From positions 12,796 through 76,795 of the forward strand of contig JBJMGU010000220.1 in NCBI GenBank assembly GCA_045807765.1: a stretch of DNA of 64,000 nt. Direction: 5' to 3'. The notes beneath the pieces are model-generated. The model worked only from the letters and a program-made list of their open reading frames with translations, did no database searches and had not been told where the DNA came from. Positions 55,643-64,000 of this stretch are shown piece after piece. Positions within the stretch are counted from its first letter, which is position 1. The number at the start of each line of letters is the position of its first letter. This stretch comes from Blastocatellia bacterium. Its GTDB lineage: Bacteria; Acidobacteriota; Blastocatellia; UBA7656. The position numbers and the translations under genes are program-made.

Positions 55643-56560
55643 ATGACTTTGAAACGCCGCTGTAGAATTATCGGCGTGCCGATGGACCTGGGGGCCGGAC
55701 GTCGCGGAGTTGACATGGGGCCATCGGCGATCCGCATCGCCGGGCTCAATCAAGCCCTCGCCTTTCTTGGCTACGACGTTACCGACGCCGGCAACGTCCA
55801 CGTCGCGCCGCCGGAAGCCGTCGCCCAGGTGCATACGCGCGCCCGCTACCTGCCTGAGATCACCGCTGCGTCAGAAGAGTTAGCTCGCATGGTCGAAGCG
55901 GCGCTCGCCGAAGGCGCGGTGCCGGTCGTGCTGGGCGGCGACCACTCAATTGCCATCGGCAGCGTTGCCGGTGTCGCCGCGCATTTTCGCAAGGCGGGTG
56001 CGGTGGTCGGGATTATCTGGCTCGACGCACACGCCGACTGCAACACGCCCGAAACGACGCCGTCGGGTAACATTCATGGCATGCCGCTGGCGGCGCTGCT
56101 CGGCTATGGTGCGAAAGAGCTGACAGAGGTAGCCGGCTTCGCGCCGAAAGTGCGGCCCGAGAATACCGCCATCATCGGCGCGCGCAGCATCGATCCGGGC
56201 GAGCGCGAGCTGCTGCGCTCGCTCGGCGTCCGCGTCTTTACGATGACAGAGATAGATGAGCGCGGCATGAATACTTGCGTCGAAGAAGCGGTTCAGATCG
56301 CGGCGCACAATACCGCCGGCATTCATGTGACGATGGACATGGATGTCATAGACCCATTCTACGCGCCGGGGGTCGGTACGCCCGAGCGCGGCGGCGTCAC
56401 TTACCGTGAAGGACATCTGGCGATGGAGAAGATCGCCGACTCTGGGCACGTCGTATCGGTGGAGCTGACGGAAGTCAACCCGCTGTACGACACGGTGAAT
56501 CAGACGGCGCAGCTTGCGGTCGAGATGATCCTGTCGGCGCTCGGCAAGAAGATTATGTAA
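55643..56560 (+). CDS. arginase/agmatinase-family ureohydrolase
   Basis: Manganese-binding motifs [34 protein letters not shown] and a later DVID... segment. The track ORF start at 55481 is over-extended. Confidence 0.8.
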   Translation: MTLKRRCRIIGVPMDLGAGRRGVDMGPSAIRIAGLNQALAFLGYDVTDAGNVHVAPPEAVAQVHTRARYLPEITAASEELARMVEAALAEGAVPVVLGGDHSIAIGSVAGVAAHFRKAGAVVGIIWLDAHADCNTPETTPSGNIHGMPLAALLGYGAKELTEVAGFAPKVRPENTAIIGARSIDPGERELLRSLGVRVFTMTEIDERGMNTCVEEAVQIAAHNTAGIHVTMDMDVIDPFYAPGVGTPERGGVTYREGHLAMEKIADSGHVVSVELTEVNPLYDTVNQTAQLAVEMILSALGKKIM

Positions 56561-56575
56561 GCGGGGCAGCCAAAG

Positions 56576-56911
56576 ATGCGACTACCGGACGAACTATCGC
56601 AGAAGCCGTCAACAACGGCGACACGCGAGGCCGAGCGGCACAGGCTAGCGGTCGGACTGGCGGAGAGTGAGTCGCGGCTCGCCGAGCAAGCGCGCGTGTT
56701 CGTACCGCTCGTCGCGCTGGCATTGATTGCGGCCATGCCTGTATGGGCGAACTCGCTTGGGCGCTTCTTGAAACTGCTGGCCAGTCCGTTCGTGCTGTTG
56801 CCGGTCGGCTTCTGCATCGCACACCTTGCCATCAGTTGGCGCAAGATCATCAGAATGCGCCATCGCCTTCACGAGGCCGAGCGCGCAATGCGTGAACAGA
56901 AACCCGAATAG
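56576..56911 (+). CDS. hypothetical membrane protein
   Basis: Two predicted TM helices. No family recognised. Confidence 0.35.
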   Translation: MRLPDELSQKPSTTATREAERHRLAVGLAESESRLAEQARVFVPLVALALIAAMPVWANSLGRFLKLLASPFVLLPVGFCIAHLAISWRKIIRMRHRLHEAERAMREQKPE

Positions 56912-57007
56912 CTGGTCGAACGACGCACGTCGCCACTTGTCATAGAGAGCGGTCTTTAGCATTAATCATAAAACTACTGGCGATCATCGTTGCGCTTGCC
57001 TGTGAGA

Positions 57008-58120
57008 ATGGGGGAATCGTTGGCAAAGAGAATCCGGGTCGGAGTCATTTTCGGCGGGCGGTCAGGAGAGCATGAAGTGTCGCTGCGCTCCGCCGAATCG
57101 ATCATCAACGCGATAGACAAAACCAGATACGAAGTCGTGCCCATCGGCATCACCAAGCAAGGCCGCTGGCTGGTGTCGGGCGACGCCAAAGCCTTGCTGC
57201 CCGAAACCGTGATGCGCGCCAATCATCAGCAGTCGGTGGCGATCATCGGCGACCCGACGCAACAGGGATTGAAGCGGCTCGACGCCAATCTCAGCCAGCC
57301 CCTAGACGTTGTCTTCCCGGTGTTGCATGGCACCTACGGCGAGGATGGCACGATTCAGGGATTACTGGAGATGGCCGGCGTGCCTTATGTCGGCTGTGGC
57401 GTGCTGGCATCGGCTACGGGCATGGACAAAGTGGTGATGAAGCAGTTGTTCGTACAGGCCGGTCTGACAGTCGCGGATTACGAATGGTTCCTGCGCGCCG
57501 CATGGGAAGCCGATCCCAACGCCATCATCAAGAAGGTCGCTCGCCGTCTCGGCTACCCGGTCTTCGTCAAGCCGGCCAATCTCGGCTCGTCAGTCGGCAT
57601 CTCGAAGGCGCAAGACCGAAGCGAGTTGCGCGAGGCGATCAACGACGCGGCGCGTTACGACCGCCGGGTGATCGTCGAGCGCGCCGTCGTCGGGCGCGAG
57701 ATCGAAGTCAGCGTGCTTGGCAACGATGAGCCGGCTGCCAGCCTGCCGGGCGAGGTCATCACTGGCCACGAGTTTTACGATTACGAAGACAAGTACATTG
57801 ACACGACCTCGCGCACCGAGGTCCCGGCGCGGCTGCCTAAGAAGATTGTCGAGCGCTTGCAGCGCGACGCCGTCAAAGCCTTCCAGGCCGTAGACGGCGC
57901 CGGCCTGGCGCGCGTTGACTTTTTTGTTGAAGACAAGACCCACCGGGTCATCATCAACGAGATTAATACCATGCCCGGCTTCACTTCGATCAGCATGTAT
58001 CCGAAGCTTTGGGAAGCCAGCGGCATTCCTTATAACGAATTGATTGACCGCCTGATTCAGCTCGCCATCGAGCGCCACCGCGACAAGGCGCGCAACCTGA
58101 CCAGCTATCAACCGAGGTAG
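57008..58120 (+). CDS. ddl: D-alanine--D-alanine ligase
   Basis: [23 protein letters not shown]-terminus and an ATP-grasp domain (..[19 protein letters not shown].., ..EINTMPGFT..). Start chosen at the internal Met; the track ORF begins at 56990. Confidence 0.85.
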   Translation: MGESLAKRIRVGVIFGGRSGEHEVSLRSAESIINAIDKTRYEVVPIGITKQGRWLVSGDAKALLPETVMRANHQQSVAIIGDPTQQGLKRLDANLSQPLDVVFPVLHGTYGEDGTIQGLLEMAGVPYVGCGVLASATGMDKVVMKQLFVQAGLTVADYEWFLRAAWEADPNAIIKKVARRLGYPVFVKPANLGSSVGISKAQDRSELREAINDAARYDRRVIVERAVVGREIEVSVLGNDEPAASLPGEVITGHEFYDYEDKYIDTTSRTEVPARLPKKIVERLQRDAVKAFQAVDGAGLARVDFFVEDKTHRVIINEINTMPGFTSISMYPKLWEASGIPYNELIDRLIQLAIERHRDKARNLTSYQPR

Positions 58121-58145
58121 TTACCCGTTGTCAGTTGTCAGCGGT

Positions 58146-58889
58146 CTACGACAAGCGCCCGTTGATGGCGGCGATCATCTCGCGCACCGCTCGTTCAAGG
58201 CCGACCAGAGCGGCCCGCGCAATGATGTTATGGCCGATGTTCAACTCTTCAATCGGATAAATCTCGGCGATGGCCGCGACGTTGCGATAAGTCAATCCGT
58301 GGCCAGCGGCCACCTGCAAGCCCAGCTCGCCGGCGCGCTCGGCGCATTCGGTGATGCGCGTCAGCTCGGCTTCGATGTCGCTTAATCCCATCGTGCGCGT
58401 CGGGTCGGTCAGTTCGGCATAGCGCGCCGTGCAGATTTCGATCTGCTGCGCGCCGACACGTTGGCAGGCTTCAATCTGTGCGATGTCCGGGTCAACAAAA
58501 ACGCTCACAAGCACGCCGGCATCAGCGATTTCAGCCGTGACGCGGCGAAGCTCCTCTTCGTGCGACACGACATCGAGGCCGCCTTCGGTCGTCACTTCGT
58601 CGGCGCGTTCCGGCACCAGCGTCGCCGCGTTCGGCTTCACCTCGCAGGCGATCTTGACCATTTCATCGGTCGCCGCCATCTCGATGTTCAGGTGCGTCTT
58701 GACGACGGCGCGCAGGGTGCGGGCGTCGTCGTCTTGAATGTGCCGGCGGTCGCCGCGTAGATGAATCGTGATGCCGTGGGCGCCTGCCATCTCGGCCAGC
58801 ACTGCGGCGGCGACAACGCTCGGCTCATAGGTGCGCCGCGCCTGCCGCAGCGTCGCGATGTGATCGATGTTGACGTTGAGTCGAATCAT
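58146..58889 (-). CDS. pdxJ: pyridoxine 5'-phosphate synthase
   Basis: [22 protein letters not shown]... and HLRGDRRHI are typical PdxJ. 247 aa. Confidence 0.9.
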   Translation of the reverse strand: MIRLNVNIDHIATLRQARRTYEPSVVAAAVLAEMAGAHGITIHLRGDRRHIQDDDARTLRAVVKTHLNIEMAATDEMVKIACEVKPNAATLVPERADEVTTEGGLDVVSHEEELRRVTAEIADAGVLVSVFVDPDIAQIEACQRVGAQQIEICTARYAELTDPTRTMGLSDIEAELTRITECAERAGELGLQVAAGHGLTYRNVAAIAEIYPIEELNIGHNIIARAALVGLERAVREMIAAINGRLS

Positions 58890-59701
58890 TAAGGTTCTTC
58901 CGCGCCGGCCCGGCGCTCAGCCCTCGCGATGGCGCCGCCGCGCGCGATCAGGCTGTAGCGCCCCCTGATGTCGTTAAGGCGAATGCGCAGCAGATCGGTG
59001 AACATATTCAGCGAGTCGCGCATATAATTCAGCTTACTTTGAAGCTCGCCACCTTCCGCATGATTCCAGACCACGGCGACTTCCAGCAACCGCGCGCGGC
59101 GCTTGCGGGCAATGTAGAGCACCTCAGGGTCGAAGCCGAAGCGCTCGATGCGCTGCATGGCAAAGACCGGGCGCGCCACCTCGCGGCGGAACGCCTTGAA
59201 GCCGCATTGCGTGTCTTTGAAGCGCAGGCCGGTGATCATCTGCATGAAGAAGTTGAACACTTTGCCGCCGAACTCGCGCATCGCCGGTTGATGCACGCCG
59301 ATCATCTTGCGGTTGAGTGCGCGCGAGCCAAAGACGACATCGGCCTGCTCGGTGAAGATCGGTTCGAGCAGCTTGGGGGCTTCGCTGATCGGTGACGACA
59401 GATCGGCATCGGTAAATAGGATCACTTCGCCGCGCGCTTCGCTGACGCCGCGCCGCACGCTGTAGCCTTTGCCGCGGTTCGGCGTGTTCGTAAGCAAGCG
59501 CAATTCGTGGCCGGCCTCAAGGTAAGCGGCCATGCGCTCGCCGACCACCGCCGCCGTGCGGTCTCGCGAGCCATCATTGACGACGATAACTTCAGCGCGG
59601 TAAGCCCCGTGCCGCAGAAATCCCAGCACATCGTCGAGAGTCGGGCCGATGCGGGTCGCTTCATTGTATGCCGGGATGATGATGGACAAGGCGTAGGACA
59701 T
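58889..59701 (-). CDS. GT2-family glycosyltransferase (polyprenyl-phosphate glycosyl synthase-like)
   Basis: [15 protein letters not shown]..., the DxD in [11 protein letters not shown], and VVFGSR. Start at the internal Met of the track ORF. Confidence 0.75.
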   Translation of the reverse strand: MSYALSIIIPAYNEATRIGPTLDDVLGFLRHGAYRAEVIVVNDGSRDRTAAVVGERMAAYLEAGHELRLLTNTPNRGKGYSVRRGVSEARGEVILFTDADLSSPISEAPKLLEPIFTEQADVVFGSRALNRKMIGVHQPAMREFGGKVFNFFMQMITGLRFKDTQCGFKAFRREVARPVFAMQRIERFGFDPEVLYIARKRRARLLEVAVVWNHAEGGELQSKLNYMRDSLNMFTDLLRIRLNDIRGRYSLIARGGAIARAERRAGAEEP

Positions 59702-59850
59702 ATGCGTTCGATGCCACCTCAATCGTAAATCTGCAATATAGCATACCGGCTGGCGAGCGACTACCGGCAACTGGCGAGCGGCGCGAGGGTATGCTAGACT
59801 CCCTGAACTTACATGCAGCCTGCGCCATCACAAACATCAGGAGAAAGGGA

Positions 59851-60330
59851 GTGACGCGACGCGCAATCTACCCGGGCACGTTCGACCCAATGACTCAGGG
59901 CCACCTCGACATCATCGAGCGCTCGGCAAAGCTGTTTGATGAAGTGATCGTCGCCGTGCTGGTCAACCTCGACAAGCAGCCGATGTTCACCGTCGAAGAG
60001 CGCGTCGAGATGATCCGCCAGGTGGCGCGCTGGCCTAATGTGCGCGTCGGCACCTTCGCCGGATTGCTGGTAGATTACGCCATCGAGCAACAGGCGCAGG
60101 TGATCGTGCGCGGCATCCGTGCCATCTCTGATTACGAGTACGAGTTGCAGATGGCGCTGATGAACCGGCGGCTCCAGCCGGGCGTCGAAACCGTTTTCCT
60201 GATGGCCGCAGAGGCTTATTCTTATCTCAGCTCCCGGCTCATCAAAGAAGTCTTTAAGCTGGGAGGCTCGATCAACGGGCTGGTTCCCGAATGGGTCGAG
60301 CAGCGCATGCGAGAGAAAGTAAAGGGGTGA
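59851..60330 (+). CDS. coaD: pantetheine-phosphate adenylyltransferase
   Basis: (V)[21 protein letters not shown] gives the T/HxGH nucleotidyltransferase motif, plus ISDYEYE. A GTG start at 59851 gives the canonical length; the track ORF starts at 59791. Confidence 0.85.
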   Translation: MTRRAIYPGTFDPMTQGHLDIIERSAKLFDEVIVAVLVNLDKQPMFTVEERVEMIRQVARWPNVRVGTFAGLLVDYAIEQQAQVIVRGIRAISDYEYELQMALMNRRLQPGVETVFLMAAEAYSYLSSRLIKEVFKLGGSINGLVPEWVEQRMREKVKG

Positions 60331-60424
60331 AGGAAACAGGAAGCAGGAGGCAGGAAGCAGGAAGCAGGGCAGAAGATTGTGGCTGCCTGTCTCCTGCCTC
60401 CTGCCGCCTGCCGCCTGCCTCCTC
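60331..60424. repeat. intercistronic tandem-repeat hairpin (unit GCAGGAA/GCAGGAG vs CTGCCTC/CTGCCGC)
   Basis: Left arm aggaaacaggaagcaggaggcaggaagcaggaagcagggcag; right arm ctgcctgtctcctgcctcctgccgcctgccgcctgcctcct; 10-nt loop. It starts 1 nt after the coaD stop and ends 8 nt before ATG 60433. Confidence 0.7.
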
Positions 60425-60432
60425 GTAATCAA

Positions 60433-61626
60433 ATGAAGCAAGCTGAATTCAAGGAATCGGCCTATGTGGCCGACATGACCGTCTCATCAACGCTCGCCGT
60501 GCTGGTGGCCGCCGAGCGGTTGCGCGCTCAAGGCGTCGAAGTAATCGATCTGGGAGCGGGCGAGCCGGACTTTCCGACGCCGGAAAACATCAAGCAAGCG
60601 GCGCACAAGGCGCTCGATCAAAACTTCACGCGCTACACCGCGACCAGCGGCATCGCGCCTCTGCGCAAAGCGATTGTCGATCTGCTCAAGCGCGACTTCG
60701 GCAGCGACTCCGACCCGGCGCAGGTCATCGTCACCATCGGCGGCAAGCAGGCCATCTTTAATGCGATGGCGACGCTCCTTAACCCCGACGACGAGGTGCT
60801 GATTCCCGCGCCTTACTGGGTGACGTTTCCAGAGATTGCCCGCTTCCTGCGCACACAGCCCGTCATCATCGATACCGAGGCGAATCACTTCGGGCTTACT
60901 GCCGAGATGGTAAGCGCCGCCATCAGCCGGCGCACAAAGTTGCTCATTCTCAATTCACCCAACAATCCAACAGGGCGCATCATCCCGCCCGACGAGTTTC
61001 GCAAGATCGTCGAAGTGGCGGCGAGCCGCGATGTCTGGGTGATCAGTGATGAATGTTACCTTTACTTCGCTTACCCGCCGGCGACGCCATTCACCGCCGG
61101 CCAGTTGCCGGCAGAGCTGCGCGAGCGGCTGATGATCTGCGGCTCGTTTTCCAAGTCGCATGCCATGACCGGCTGGCGGCTGGGATTTGGCCTGGGGCCG
61201 CAGGCGTGGATTCAGGCGATGCTTAAGGTGCAGAGCCATTCGACCTCGAACGCGAATTCGATCACGCAGATGGCAGCCATCGAAGCGGCCAACGGCTCGC
61301 AGGCTTCCATTCATGAGATGGTCGCCGAGTATCAGCGGCGGCGCGACTGGCTGGTGCCGGCGCTCAACGACATTCCTGGCGTCACCTGTGACTTGCCGGA
61401 AGGCGCTTTCTACGTCATGCCGAATATCAAAGGATTGCTTGGCAGGCGCGTCAAGACTTCGGCGGAGCTTGCCCGCGTGTTGCTCGAAGAGAAAGGCGTG
61501 GCGCTGACTGCCGGCTCGGCTTTCGGGATTGAAGGATACCTCAGGATTTCTTACGCCAACTCGCTGGAGATGATTCGCGAAGGGGTGCGGCGTATCAGTG
61601 AGACCGCGCAGGAATTGCGTGGGTAA
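60433..61626 (+). CDS. class I/II pyridoxal-phosphate aminotransferase (aspartate/aromatic aminotransferase-like)
   Basis: Fold-type I with the PLP-lysine region SFSKSHAMTGWRLGF and NPxNPTG (NSPNNPTGR). Confidence 0.8.
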   Translation: MKQAEFKESAYVADMTVSSTLAVLVAAERLRAQGVEVIDLGAGEPDFPTPENIKQAAHKALDQNFTRYTATSGIAPLRKAIVDLLKRDFGSDSDPAQVIVTIGGKQAIFNAMATLLNPDDEVLIPAPYWVTFPEIARFLRTQPVIIDTEANHFGLTAEMVSAAISRRTKLLILNSPNNPTGRIIPPDEFRKIVEVAASRDVWVISDECYLYFAYPPATPFTAGQLPAELRERLMICGSFSKSHAMTGWRLGFGLGPQAWIQAMLKVQSHSTSNANSITQMAAIEAANGSQASIHEMVAEYQRRRDWLVPALNDIPGVTCDLPEGAFYVMPNIKGLLGRRVKTSAELARVLLEEKGVALTAGSAFGIEGYLRISYANSLEMIREGVRRISETAQELRG

Positions 61627-61816
61627 CAATCACAGCAACCACCCGGCAGTAACGACGGGATCGAAGGATCAAACAAAAGCTCTCCGTCCTCACCCTTGGT
61701 GGCGCGGAGCAGAAAGGCTTAAGTGACGGCGGGCCACCGGGCAATATAAGCAGGCCGGTTGCTCGCCGTCGGTTACAGTCAAAGCATCGCTAGCCGTTTT
61801 CAAAAGCCGAAATCGC

Positions 61817-62032
61817 TTAGAACTTGGTGATGCTGATATCCTGGTCAGCCTCGGCGCGGAATCTCTTGAAGAAGAAGACCGCAAAGCAAACCAACGCGAC
61901 GGCAAAGCAAGTTCCTCCGAGAATCAGATCGGATCGGCTCGCAGGCGGGGGTGACGGGTACAGATACCTGTAGATAAAGAACGATCCGACGCCAATCCCA
62001 ATGACACCCAGAAGCAAGAGTAGTTTATTCAT
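61817..62032 (-). CDS. hypothetical small membrane protein (71 aa)
   Basis: Two predicted TM helices and lower-GC codon usage. No family recognised. Confidence 0.35.
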   Translation of the reverse strand: MNKLLLLLGVIGIGVGSFFIYRYLYPSPPPASRSDLILGGTCFAVALVCFAVFFFKRFRAEADQDISITKF

Positions 62033-62197
62033 GGCTCCTCCTCAGTGATTGTAGAACGCCCGTACTACTCGGTGTGGATGCGCTGCAAATGCTAAACCCC
62101 TGCGACTGCGATTATACACGAATCCTTCGGTGACGAGAACCCCTGGCCGCTTTCGGCACAACGATTTCTGACCTCACCACGATCCGCGTTGAAACTT

Positions 62198-63184
62198 TCA
62201 CGGCTGAAAGAGCTGGGCGCTGCGGCTCGCTTGAATCAGCGTGCAGGCCAGCTCGTAAACTTCATCGGCGCTGACGCGAAGCCGTGACGCGCCGCGCACG
62301 AGGCGATGAAAATCCGAGGCCGGGCGCGCGGCGCTCTGGTTTTCGACGATCTCGATCACCGGGGTGCCGGCTTCTGTCGCCATCCTCGCGACGCCTGAGG
62401 CGTCTGTGACCACGAGACTGGCCCGCGCCACCGTGGCGGCAAGCTGAAGGGCGCGCGGCGCCGCTAGCTTGATCGCCGTCTTCGGCAGCAATGGGCCTAC
62501 AGCCGTCGTGAATGACTGATCGCCCGGCTCGCTTAGAGCCACCACGCGGCCGCTGAAGGCATTGGTCAGTCGCTGCCCGATCTCGCCGAAGGCGCTCACA
62601 GGCCAGCCGCTCTCATGGCCCACGGCAGCCGCATAGAGCGCGACGAGCGGTTCGCCGCCGCGCGAGCCGCTGCGTTCGAGCAGCTTCTCGAATTGCGCAT
62701 GTTCTTCGGTGGGGACGATGATGCCGAGCCGCTCGTCGCGCAGCTCGACGCCCACTTGGCGCAGCACTGCTTCATAACTGCCGCCGCCGTTTCGCGGGCC
62801 GCGCGTCAATAGCTCAAGCAGGCGCGGCAACCGCGTCGGCATCACCGTGCGCGCCCGCACCACCAGACGTGACAGCACCTGCGTGTCGAGCTTCGGCGAA
62901 AAATCGAGCACCAGGTCATAGTCGCGCCGCCGCGCACGTTTGAACAGGCGCACCAGTCGCTTCAGGCCGTCGCCGCCTTCATGCAGCTTGATGACGCCGA
63001 GGTCAATCGTTTCGTCGGCCAGGCGCGCGGCCATCAACAATTCGCTAACGCCTGTGGCTGCCGCGACGGCGACGAACGTCTGTGGCATGGCAATCCTGAG
63101 CGCACGGATTGCCGCCAGCAGCATCAGCGAATCGGCGAACGGCGCGGTGTCTATCGCCAGAATAGCGCGCGGAGTTGGTTGCAT
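62198..63184 (-). CDS. GT9-family glycosyltransferase (LPS heptosyltransferase-like)
   Basis: The GT-B heptosyltransferase pattern: an N-terminal ILAIDTAPFADSLMLLAAIRAL region and a C-terminal ..GHESGW..TPVIEI.. region. Start chosen at internal Met MQPTP. Confidence 0.65.
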   Translation of the reverse strand: MQPTPRAILAIDTAPFADSLMLLAAIRALRIAMPQTFVAVAAATGVSELLMAARLADETIDLGVIKLHEGGDGLKRLVRLFKRARRRDYDLVLDFSPKLDTQVLSRLVVRARTVMPTRLPRLLELLTRGPRNGGGSYEAVLRQVGVELRDERLGIIVPTEEHAQFEKLLERSGSRGGEPLVALYAAAVGHESGWPVSAFGEIGQRLTNAFSGRVVALSEPGDQSFTTAVGPLLPKTAIKLAAPRALQLAATVARASLVVTDASGVARMATEAGTPVIEIVENQSAARPASDFHRLVRGASRLRVSADEVYELACTLIQASRSAQLFQP

Positions 63185-63321
63185 AACGTCATAGCCTACG
63201 CCTTGCGGCGGCGAATTGTTCTTCGACGGCCTCCTTGCCTTCGTCAATAGATTATCGCAGTATCATACTGAAAATCTTAGCGGTCGCGTTGCTTGAATGA
63301 CATTGTAAAGAGAGAGTTGAC

Positions 63322-64000
63322 TTGGAAAGTTTCATTCGCCCTGCCTTGCTGTCGGTGACCGCCGGTCACGGTAACATTCTGCTGGCACTATTCATCGCGC
63401 TGCTGGCGGCCAAGCTGCTGGCCGAGTTGTTCGAGCGCTTGCGCCAGCCGGCGGTGGTCGGCGAAGTCCTGGCCGGCATTCTCATTGGCCCGGCGCTGCT
63501 CAACTGGGTGCAGCCAACCCCTGTGCTGGATGCGCTGGCGGAAATCGGCGTTATCTTTCTGCTCTTCACGGTCGGGCTTGAAACGCGACCGAGCGATATC
63601 TTCAAAGTTGGCACCACGGCGCTGACCTCGGCCATCCTCGGCGTCATTGTGCCTTTCATTGCCGGCTGGGCGCTGCTGTCGCTGTGGCCCGGATACTCGC
63701 GTGTCGAAGCGATCTTTATGGGCGCGGCGATGGTGGCGACCTCTGTAGGGATCACGGCGCGTGTGTTGTCGGGCCTTGGGTTGATTACCGCTGAAGCCAG
63801 TCGCGTCATTCTGGCCGCGGCAGTGATTGACGATATCATCGGCTTGCTAGTGCTTGCCGTCGTCAGCAGCTTGGCTGAAGGGCATGTCAACTATCTGCAC
63901 CTGGCGCTGACGGCAGGGCTGGCCGTTGGCTTCACTGTATTCACCATCACACTGGGCGCACGCGTCGTCAAGCGCGTCAAGCAACCTGTCCACGACCTGC
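63322..64000 (+). CDS. cation:proton antiporter, CPA2 family (KefB/NapA-like), 5' part; continues beyond window
   Basis: The open frame from TTG 63322 runs to the window end. Translation ..GNILLALFIALLAAKLLAELFERLRQPAVVGEVLAGILIGPALL..GLETRP.. is typical of the CPA2 N-terminus. It is absent from the ORF track because no stop falls in the window. Confidence 0.65.
   Translation, partial: MESFIRPALLSVTAGHGNILLALFIALLAAKLLAELFERLRQPAVVGEVLAGILIGPALLNWVQPTPVLDALAEIGVIFLLFTVGLETRPSDIFKVGTTALTSAILGVIVPFIAGWALLSLWPGYSRVEAIFMGAAMVATSVGITARVLSGLGLITAEASRVILAAAVIDDIIGLLVLAVVSSLAEGHVNYLHLALTAGLAVGFTVFTITLGARVVKRVKQPVHDL

Noticed and set aside
58121-58145. gttgtca gttgtca tandem heptamer between ddl and pdxJ as another hairpin-family member
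   Set aside because: Only two direct copies are present and there is no inverted partner. It overlaps the pdxJ 3' end.

Overview
High-GC (~62-65%) chromosomal segment that looks Acidobacteria-like. The evidence is a VWFA-related acidobacterial-type VWA protein, DUF5916/CBM9-like and CSLREA/beta-helix proteins, and many SD-less starts. It is mostly housekeeping and envelope genes.

Gene order, left to right: cmk (3' part), ribE, ribBA; an outer-membrane biogenesis cluster of tamB-like (1480 aa), bamA (Omp85, ~1010 aa) and a SurA_N-only chaperone; a GT39/ArnT-like GT-C glycosyltransferase plus an M3 oligopeptidase (minus strand); purF; two hypothetical genes; purM; a zinc-ribbon membrane protein; a wbpB-like Gfo/Idh/MocA oxidoreductase plus a wbpD-like hexapeptide N-acetyltransferase; an ArsC/Spx-family protein; an MBL/beta-CASP-like hydrolase immediately upstream of NAD-dependent ligA; potA/potB-like ABC genes; a NodU/CmcH carbamoyltransferase plus an SDR epimerase; an HDAC/AcuC-like protein; an orphan LolD-like ATPase; an 852-aa secreted DUF5916-like protein; two paralogous small coiled-coil proteins; a VWA protein; hemW; a 1695-aa secreted CSLREA/beta-helix protein with a C-terminal gingipain-like C25 peptidase domain; an epimerase plus a GT2; recQ followed by an N-terminally short rho; an Ntn (C45-like) hydrolase; asnS; a LOG-family protein; an SLT lytic transglycosylase; arginase; ddl; pdxJ; a GT2; coaD; an aminotransferase; a GT9 heptosyltransferase; and the 5' end of a CPA2 antiporter.

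No rRNA, tRNA, CRISPR array or obvious mobile element was seen.

The most unusual sequence-level signal is a set of at least 7 long (90-130 bp) imperfect inverted repeats whose arms are themselves tandem 7-8-nt repeats. Each sits at a junction between two co-directional genes, starting 0-45 nt after the upstream stop codon and ending 10-60 nt before, or overlapping, the downstream start. Three of them (7193-7311, 10214-10341, 31295-31392) share the same GACGCGGC-type unit; the other four have locus-specific units but identical architecture. G-U wobble positions in several favour folding in the sense-strand mRNA. I propose they are intercistronic RNA stem-loops acting in processing, stability or translational coupling.

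The printed sequence and the ORF track disagree by 1 nt around 22202-22243, so some of my hand-derived coordinates may be off by 1.
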